Assembly (NCBI RefSeq): GCF_000150275.1
Contig: NW_002060948.1
Coordinates: 3,918,759-3,982,758 of the forward strand
Reading direction: 5' to 3'
Source: Trichoplax adhaerens
Lineage: Eukaryota; Animalia; Placozoa
Length of the DNA stretch: 64,000 nucleotides
The translations under genes and the position numbers were made by a program. The stretch's first letter is position 1, and every line of letters begins with the position of its first letter. Below the pieces are notes generated by a model. That model was given only the letters and a program-made list of their open reading frames with translations. It did not search any database and had not been told where the DNA came from. Positions 54,668 through 64,000 of the stretch are shown in pieces.

Positions 54668-57600
54668 TTAGCTTTCGTTGTCTTTTCGATTCTCGAGTTT
54701 ACTGCTTTTACCATCGAGTTTAGGTTCTGATTTTTCTTTCGATTTTGTCTTAGCTGCCTTTTTATGCTTTTTGATAGTTGCAACAGCATTAACCTTCACA
54801 CATATGCTAACTGGATCTAATAGCTTATCTAGGAACGGTGGATTCGTCACTTCACGAATAGTAATAATATAATCGCCTAATTATAGTTAAGAAAATCAAG
54901 GAGATTAGAAACGAATTGTAGATTTATTCCATTCAATATGGGTATGATATTTATATATTGCGTCTTGTCTATTTAGAGTTTCCAATCCTTTCTATCTTAT
55001 AATTGAAATACATACATACTAATTCTTAATTATTAGTAATTGACTAGTTATAGTTATAAACTGTGAACTTTAAAATTTTTCCCGTGCATCTAGTGGTTCA
55101 TGTTTTAAATAAACTGTAGTAATGTATGGTATACGTGCTGATATGCTGTCGCTATTTAAAATTGTTATTCTACCTGGTAGACAATATTTTTCCTCTGGTG
55201 ATATAACTCTTGACGATTTTTCAGCTCTTTTATTAGCATCCTCTTTATTGCTTTCCTTATTAAGTAGATCATTGGAACCTGAACTTTGTTTCTTTTTTAA
55301 GACACTTTTCTCTTTCATCACGGTAGTTTGATTATCAGATCGAACTTTAGATCGAGGTAACCCAACCGATGATTGTCTCTTACGACGTTTAGTTTCACCT
55401 TCGGTTTTATTTTCTGCATCATTTGCCTCCCCTGAGTTTTCATTATTACCGTAGCCTAGCATGACTTTAATATGTTGTGGGGCTGGAGGTAAAAGAAGGT
55501 TGGTAAAACTCCCTCTCCCACCTTGTGTTCGGATATTACTAACAGATGGATAAAGATTAGCTACTAATTTGTTATTAGCATCGGTATCAGCAGTACCATC
55601 TTGATTTAATGGTATTGATGGGTTGTTTTGTATATTAGAATTAGACGAAGAGGTAGTAACTTCCGATGATTTGCCATTTTTACTTCCTAAATGAAGCCAT
55701 TAACAACAATATCAATATTAAACTATATAGTTTAATAAGTAACACAGTAGAATCTTGTAGATACTTACGAGATTGCTGCTGTTTCGAGTTATTACCATTG
55801 CTTTGAGTATTTTGCGGAGAATCAGCTTGATTATATAGCGATGGTGTAAGAGGTGCAGTAGGACTAACTGGAGAATTGAATTGTGATGTTGTGTGGGATG
55901 GTGATTGTTCTAAATCAGTTAATTTCAAATTTTGAACTTTTTTAAGTTCTTGATGATCATTTTTAGCCAACTGTTCATCAGATTGAGTAGCGTTCAAACT
56001 ATCTTCTCCTTTATTCTGATCGTTGGCTTCTTCGTCTTCTAAGGTTTCCACAACGTATGATATTGGATAAGATTCTGTCTCAATGCTGTCAGTTATTCAT
56101 ATGCAGGAGAATATACAATATAGAAATGGATTAGACGATAATTTAGTATTTGCTACTAAATAAGGGAGGAAATTCTTTAAAGTTATTGATCAATTTTTAT
56201 ATTACTAGTCTCGAAAAGTAATGCCGGTAGTTATTACGAGATAATGTGGTTCATAGCATCAGCAGATAAAGTATAGTTGTGTATATAGTGTTAGCTAATG
56301 ACTGATTATTTCCTATTAATAATAAAAAATTCTACAGTATAGTATTAAATTTAGCAATTTATATTATTAACATGAATGTGTATATTTAAGGCAACATGCC
56401 ATTCTAATTTAACGACTGATAATTGACTAGGATATCTAACATCTAACAGCTTGAGTATTTTTAATTATGATATATTAAAGAACATATTCAAATGTTTTAA
56501 CATTTTTACTTCATTTCGAAAATGCGTATGGAAATTGTAAGTAATTATCCATAAAGCATGGATGATATGACAACCCCCTCTCCAAAAAAATAGAAAACTA
56601 ATAATCTTGATTATTAACTTTACCTTGGAGTTGTTTTTTCTGCCTTTTCTTTCTTAATCGATTCATTTTCAATAATGGGTTGCATTTGATTTTCCTCAGT
56701 GAAAGGTTTCTTAATGGCCGCTGTGATTTGAAGTAAACGGCCAGTATCTAATGTCATGAAATGTCAAAGCACACCAGATATGAACGTATTAATAATTGAT
56801 CTCAGTTAAGATTTAATTTTACATTTAAGTTAGGAAATTGATTATATTAGTACTATTTCAACAGTACGCTATAGGTTTACTGACCCTGTGTAGGCTCTCC
56901 TTCATCGGTTAAACACATTATTTCAATATTGAATGGACTACCTTGACTAATTTCAATATTATCGTCTCCAAGGATAACTAATTTGTGAGTTTCCACTAGA
57001 AGAGACAATATTTCTATGTTATACACCGATGATTTACTTTAATATTATTTTATTTAGAATTTCAGCGTCCTTATAACCATTATAATCTACTAAGATACCT
57101 GATGGCCGGCCACCAATCCACATGCCTTCATAAATTACTCCGGAAGAATGCTGCATTCCACCTAGGCCATGAAATCGATCATTACGCCATTGCCCCTAAG
57201 AATTCAATTTTAAATTATGACTGTGTTCCTTCTTTATCAAATCAATGCAAAATTTAGCTGTATCAATTCTGCTATTTACGGACGATGTGGAATTAATTAT
57301 CATTGCACTACTCGATCAATTAAATCATATCTATTCTCGGTGGAATAGAAATGTCATTAAATCAATCAAACAAGCTAACACTTGTGGTAAATTTATTAGA
57401 CCTCGTAGATGCTGCCATCTGTACTTCTTAATACACCATGTCCTTGGCGCAAGCCAAGGATCCAGTCGCCTTCATAACAATCACCATCGCTAAAGAATAA
57501 AATAACATCCAAGAAATAAATAGATTATATGAGTTTCGGGCATTCCTATATTGTTCTTAAATGGCTTATAATTGAAGCTGTATGTTCATGATGAAATCGT

Positions 57601-58968
57601 TACCCGTAGACTTGAGTACCACTCCCGTGCCTTTTATGATTATAGAACATTCCTTCGTAGATATCACCATTTTTGGTGGTTAACGTTCCATTTCCTAGGT
57701 AGATAAATTGTCAAATTGCAATCAAGAAATGGTCGATTTTGGCCAATCTCTCGCATGCATTTGAGATGAATTATTGGCATACCTTCTCTTAAATTGTAAT
57801 GCCAGTCGCCTTCGTAGCTTCCTCCATCTGCATAACGCATAATTCCAATGCCATTAATTTCACCCTTATCAAACTCTCCAGTATAGCTGTTGCCGTTGGA
57901 CCACTTTCGAAATCCTGCACCATCCATTTCTCCATCTTTAAATTCTCCTTCATAGTATCCACCATCACTCATAATTAACTTTCCGTGGCCTATAAATATT
58001 GATTGCATTAAATTAGAAAGTGTTTCATTCAGTTGAATGGACAGATATTGTACTGTATTCAGTAGCATCACCAATTATGGCGACTAAGACGTTATGAAAT
58101 CTCCAGTAATAATTGAAATGGAGTTACGATTTAAAATTAATCCATTACCATGTTTTTTGCCATTATGCCAGCCACCTTCATATTTAAAGAAACGATTCTT
58201 GTATGTGTATATACCAAATCCTATACCGATAAAAAGGATGATATAAAATTTGTATAACTGATAATTGAATGCATACTTAGACCATTTTACCAATGATTGG
58301 CTTTTAATAAAACAGTTTAGCAGCAACTATTTCACACAAACCACTAACAGTATCGGATCATCCAATGTATACTTTTATAAACTAAATCATTACACCACAG
58401 GTTGACTCTCAATAAACAGTTTAGCAGCAAAAGTTTCATATAATCGCTAGCAGCGATTATATGAAACAGATAGAAATAAAATGGCTATGACTCATTACAT
58501 TTGAACGCATACCGGTACTGTATAGAGTGATCATTATCTGGAATGTTCGCATAAAATATACAGTATATGGATGATGCTAATTGTTACGCTTAATATATGG
58601 ATATTTAGTTATTGCAGTTTCAATAACATATAGAAGATTCACTAAAGTAATGGTAGAAATAATAATTGTGATCATTGAAATTTCAATCCATCATATATAT
58701 GAAAGACGTCAATATCCATTTAAGCATACTGTAAGGTAAACTAAATATCGTACAGAAAGTTTATTAATTATGGGGTAACTGGTTAAGAATAATAATTTTA
58801 GTCACTTAGATTTATTATAATCTTACCATGGCGGAGCTGATTCTTCGTTTCGCCAACATACTCATTAGGACGATTGATTCTCTCTTCATTACCTTTCCTA
58901 TTTTTAGATAACCTATCTATATTTGTTCTTGAACGTTTAATGATTTTATTTTTTGTTGCAGTTTCCAT
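54668..58968 (-). CDS. MORN1: MORN repeat-containing protein 1
   Basis: MORN repeats ([40 protein letters not shown], YEGDW), then KLVILG...EISQGSPF...TGRLLQITA and C-terminal GDYIITIREVTNPPFL, matching the recalled MORN1 layout. The ATG at 58968 follows an acceptor; a possible upstream micro-exon MQP| has its ATG at 59645. Confidence 0.92.
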
Positions 58969-59310
58969 CACTATAAATGATTAAATTAAAAGTGGAGAAT
59001 ATAGTGTAAGTAAATGATTGGTGATTGATAGTCATTTATCATGGTATAGTAATACTATCGTGTTGAATTGTTTGTAAATAATAGTAATAACTATCAATTT
59101 AAAACTGCTTAGGTAGCAGAAAATGCTAGCTAAGATAGGTAAAAATCGATCCAATATTTATCTGGAGTTCACTTTACTCGAACGAACAATTTTAATAGCC
59201 TATAATGTGGTAAATTAGAACACAATCGAAGTGACCAAGCTAATGACTAAAATTTCAAGCCTACTATTTCATATTGGATTAATTGTTGTAGCAAAGTGAA
59301 TAGATTAAGA

Positions 59311-59585
59311 CGACAATGTTATGATGGCGCTAGAATGATCTACTAAAAAAGTCTATTGCTTTGCATATAGAGATGTTAGATGAATGATGCTTGTAGAATA
59401 ACGTATAGATAAATAGAATTAACGAATTTATAATTTAACCTTTAAGGGAGCTGTTGGATACGACTATGTGATGATGGCGCTAGAATGATCTACTAAAATA
59501 ATCTATGCATTTGCATGTCGAGATGCTGAATAGACGATGCTTGGAGGATAGCATATAAATAAAATTGACTGATTTGTAATTAACT
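59311..59585. repeat. 150-bp direct duplication, 2 diverged copies
   Basis: CGAC(A/T)ATGT(T/G)ATGATGGCGCTAGAATGATCTACTAAAA at 59311 and 59461. Confidence 0.85.
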
Positions 59586-60055
59586 ATCCAGAGAGCTATG
59601 GGATAAAGATATCGGAGACAGAGATATAGACTAACCTGGTTGCATTCTCTATACATGTAAATTGTTCATGGAATAAAGTGCATAGCTCTTATTTACACTT
59701 GTGGTATAGCAACTTGATAGTGAATAATTCTACCTTATCGTATTGCATGGATACGGTGATCTTATTACTCTTGCTGTACGTTATACAGACATACTGTACA
59801 TCAGGTTACCTACCTAATTGCCTGTCCAACCCATACAAGAGTTTCAATGTGATGCTTTAAGCAATAAAAATTGATATAATTCTACTGTAGCCTCTCTCTA
59901 TGTAGTCCAGAACTGATAGTATATACTAGTATTTTGAAAGATTGATAGGCAAGCATTTTATTTTGTATGGTTGCTAGGATACGTTGTTTTGCAACATGGC
60001 TTATCCGAGTAAGTCAATTTGTTGGTATGGTAGTGGGGTTGCACTTAGAACGTTA

Positions 60056-60368
60056 GTATTACGTAAGTTGATTATGTTGGATAAAAATGAGAAGGTGCTG
60101 AGTAGGCAAATAATGGGGTAGTAATATAAAAAATGGACAACGAGAACTAGTATCGTAGGAAAAGTATTACGTGAGTTGATTGTGCTGGATAAAAATGAGA
60201 AGGTGTTGAGTAGGCAAATAATCGGGTAGTAATATAAAAATGGACAACGGGAACTAGTATCGTAGGAAAAGTATTACATGAGTTGATTGTGCTGGATAAA
60301 AATGAGAAGGTGTTGAGTAGGCAAATAATCGGGTAGTAATATAAAAAATGGATAACGGGAACTAGTAT
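60056..60368. repeat. 107-108-bp tandem repeat, 3 near-identical copies
   Basis: GTATTAC...GGATAAAAATGAGAAGGTG...GAACTAGTAT starts at 60056, 60164 and 60271. Confidence 0.95.
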
Positions 60369-61579
60369 AAAGTTACTGAACCTCGTAAAAGATGTTAAAT
60401 GAGCACATTATCGTAAACCGTCAGTAAAGCGACGGGAGTTTGCACTAGTACTCCTTATTTGATTTGCATAAGAGGAACAATTACTCATAATTGCGAGTCT
60501 TTATTCAGTCATGTTTATCTAGTAACAAAGACTGACATGACTCAATCCTTTCTCAGAATGTCTTGATCTATCTTTATTTCAAGTTGATGCGCTAATTCTA
60601 CGCTAATGTTAACTGATTGATGTCTTGTTATAGTGTGAACAACATATGCGGGTTTATTTTCAATGGCTATGGTTGCATTTTACTGTATGGTGCAGTCATC
60701 GAGTAGCTCGATTTATTTAGATATTGATTTTTATTTAATATAACACATTATCTATTAGCTGACATATTGCCGCATTAACTTGGTGATTTGTAAATTTTAT
60801 ATGCATATAAATTTAGTATTCATTTCGTAGCATAAATATTACATTTCTAGCTGATATTCCACCGCTTGGTATTTGACTATTCGATAATTTTATATACTTG
60901 TTATACGACACGGATTCAAAAAACTAATGAGATGTTAGATAACTGATGTTACTCATTAAGTTGAGCTTCTTTCAACTGATCAACCTTTTTGCTGGTTATT
61001 CAGATCCAAATTGCTGTCCATCTATTGGTACGCTATCATTGTCTATTACGTAATTTTTGCGGTAGGTTAGGTGTCGCGTATTTAATCATATTCAAGCCAA
61101 TCTTTGCTATATGTATTAAACATATTCTAAATACATATGTATATAGATATAAATTATCGGAATGCGGATATTAATATGCCCTTTTTTTATAACATACATT
61201 GTTATGCTACAATATTGGTATTTCGTACATGGTGAGCATTTAGTTTATTCCTTGTATATTTATTACCGGTACTCAGGAATATAGATGGTGCTTTTAAAAC
61301 GCATCCATGACGCACCTGGTAGTCTAGTCAGCTTTTATGGATTGCATGCTGTAGAAATACTCGTCCATCAAGAAATAATCTCTTTTTGCCCCTTGTTTGT
61401 AGCTGTACAACTACATCGATATACAATAATGCATTAGTATATGTGCTCTATTCATATTGTATCTACTAGGTCATTTTTTTGTCCATTGATACTCCAAAAT
61501 GTGGATATTAATATACTTTTAAGGTGCACCTCTATATATGTATACGAGTTGAACCGGCTTTACAACAAATAGTGCGAAT

Positions 61580-62432
61580 ACACCTATATCAAGAAACGTT
61601 CTGTTTTTGATTTCCTTTTTGGTGGTTGTACGAGAATATGTTGATGCTTCTGTAAATAATATACCAAGAAGCCTTTTCCTTTTTGTCTGCGTATTTGTAG
61701 TAGAGGCTTTTCCTCTTTATCTGGATATTTGTACAGTAGTAATAAGAGAAAATATTGATGCGTCTATGGATAATATATCAAAAAGTATTTTTTGGCAATC
61801 TTCGTATTTGTAGTGAGTTAGACGAGAATATTTTTATGCATGTATAAACAATATATTTATCCATCAAGAAGCATTTTCTTCTTTTATGTCTGTATTTGTA
61901 TTTACTGTACAGCATAGGAGAATCTATTTATGCGTCTACGGATAAAACGTGTATATCAAGAAGCTTTTTCCTTTATATCTCCGTATTTGTAGTAATAAGA
62001 GAATATAGTAATGCATCTGTGGATAACGAAATACTGTATATCAAAAAGCATTTTATGTTGATCTCGGTATTTGTAGCTAGACGAGAATATTTTTATGCGT
62101 CTTTGGATAATATACCCGTATATCGAGAAAGAATTTCTTCATTTAGCTCCATATTGATAGTTTTATAAGACCATGTTTATGCGTCTATGGAGAATATACA
62201 TCAAGGAGCAATTTCTTTTTACCTCCACATTTGTAGCTGTCTGAGAATCTATTTATGCGTCTATGGATAATTAATAAATATACTGTATGAAGAAACATTC
62301 TCCTTTTATCTGCGTATTTACAGTAATAGTTGATGCGTCTATAAATAATTATAATATGAGCGTATATCAAAAAAGTCTTTTCCTTTCTATTTTCGTATTT
62401 GCAGTAATGGGAAAATGTTTATCGTCTATGGA
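61580..62432. repeat. Degenerate ~75-90-bp minisatellite, ~10 copies
   Basis: Recurrent ATATCAA(G/A)AA...TTTT...CGTATTTGTAG...GAGAATAT...ATGCGTCT(A/G)TGGATAA blocks. Confidence 0.85.
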
Positions 62433-62499
62433 ATACCCGTAGTTGTAGTTAGACGAGACTATATTCATGCCGTCCAACAACAAATCGACGCTAAAATGC

Positions 62500-63350
62500 A
62501 AATTGATGACTAATAAAATAAGGGGACTGTCGCTGCGGAAAAGGCATCGCTAGACGACATTGTAGGAAAATGATCATTATCTATGAATGTGAGTTTACTC
62601 GATATTCCTAATTAATTGTGGTTTCTTTCATGTTGGCCCTACTCTACCTATGTAAGTGCTTCTCTTCTGCAGCATAGCTTGGTCTACTCGATGCTATTAA
62701 TAAGTATCAAATCGTCTATCACCAAGCTTACCGAGACTGCGGGCTGATGACTAGAAAAGGGTAGCAAGACTGTAGCTCACGAGAAGGCATCGCTAGACGA
62801 TATGGCGAGGAAATACCCCTATATCATCATGGTAAATTGTAGTTTCAAGTCATTTTCTTCATGTTTTCCCTATTCTACCCATGTAAGAGGTTTTCTTCTG
62901 CAGCATAGCTTGATCTACTCGATGCTATTGACAAGTATCGAATCGTCTATCATCAAGCTTACCGTAGACTGCGAGCTGATGACTAGAAAAGGGTAGCAAG
63001 ACTGTAGCTCACGAGAAGGCATCGCTAGACGACATGGCGAGGAAATACCCTTATATCATCATGGTAAATTGTAGTTTCAAATCTTTTCCTTCATGTTGTC
63101 CCTATGCTACCCATGTAAGAGGATTTCTTCCGCAGCATAGCTTGGTCTACTCGATATGATGCTATTGGCAAGTAAGGAAGCGTCCATCACCAAGCTACAC
63201 AGCAGAGTTGATGAGTAAAAAAATGGAGTGTGACTGTAGCTCAAGAGAAAGTAGAACTAGACGACATGGCGGGCGAATTCGATCATCCTTATGAATTGAT
63301 TGGACTGTAGTTTCAAGTTATTTCCTTCATGTTGGCCCTATTCTATCCCG
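62500..63350. repeat. ~232-bp tandem array, 4 copies, the two central ones highly similar
   Basis: (C/T)TGATGA at 62503, 62744, 62976 and 63208. Shared blocks CTAGACGA(C/T)AT, TTCATGTT, CCCTA(T/C) and GCAGCATAGCTTG. Confidence 0.92.
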
Positions 63351-64000
63351 TTTATGGCTATTTTGATGCAATGAGCGACGTACTACTGAGTAGGTCTGTT
63401 CTATTTGTAGAATCATTTTGGTCCTTGTCTAGAGTACAAGCACCAATAAAGCGGCAGTTGGTAGTGGGGCAAATTTAGAAATGGCACCATGTCGCGCTAA
63501 GTCGGCCGCCATAGCCTGGATGGCCTAAAAAAGTCATGCGATTGCATGGATCAAAGGCAAGGACGAGGCAATAATCCACATCTGTAGGCATTTCGAAGAC
63601 AGTAAAAGCTATTCAAGTTCTTGTTGACAAGATCAAGTTGTTGTCGATAAAGGAAGAAGCTCAAGACAAATAAAATCCATTGTCGATTCTAGAAGATCGA
63701 TATAAATAATAGTGTTAAGAGAAATAACCCAGTCAGCAGATAGAATAGGGACCTGGTGACCATCTCGTCATCAGTTTAGCAACGCCGAGAATACTCGACG
63801 GACTGACAAATCTGTCAATCAGCGTGGATTTATTGAAATAAAACTGTATTAGCTTTTCAAAAGAGGCTGGAGAAGAAAAGAGAAATACTTTCTAGTCGAT
63901 AGAAATTATTACTCCGCTGCTTTTGCTCGTTGATCGCTTGCCACGGCCATAACCGTCTTAACATGAGTCCTCGTAGCCGATTACCTACGACTGCGACGCA

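Noticed and set aside
55680-55770. Apparent frameshift or stop in MORN1 between ORFs 55680-56051 and 55070-55462
   Set aside because: A GT-AG phase-1 intron (C|gtaagt...ttag|GA) joins them in frame.
61607-62168. ORFs with repeated VVVREY.DAS peptides
   Set aside because: These are translations of a minisatellite with variable, non-triplet period and no consistent frame.
63400-64000. GC-richer segment as a coding exon or transposase fragment
   Set aside because: No ORF of 60 aa or more and no recognisable motif; truncated by the window edge.

Overview
AT-rich eukaryotic genomic DNA with dense, short GT-AG introns and metazoan genes. It looks like an early-branching animal with a compact genome, consistent with a placozoan such as Trichoplax (inference only). 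Hand splicing gives seven genes: the 3' part of HPS3 (+), a ClC-2-type chloride channel (-), MEGF6 including signal-peptide and EMI exons missed by the ORF track (-), an intronless 536-aa orphan disordered protein (+), ILKAP (-), DNAJC16 (+) and MORN1 (-). Eight unrelated tandem arrays or duplications of 80-370 bp units lie mostly near gene 5' ends, and several carry internal hairpins. No rRNA, tRNA, CRISPR or intact transposon was recognised. Highlights: (1) the orphan protein carries calcineurin-docking-like PxIxIT and LxVP motifs plus six RxRxxS/T sites; (2) the ClC channel keeps the ClC-2 N-terminal YEQTL|xYGR segment but has Val in place of the near-invariant Phe of GxFxP; (3) DNAJC16 has an apparent +1 frameshift; (4) there is a hairpin array with a compensatory change and a 232-bp array with degenerate hammerhead-like topology; (5) gene content echoes human 1p36/3q linkage. 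All homology calls come from recalled sequences and motifs, not database searches.
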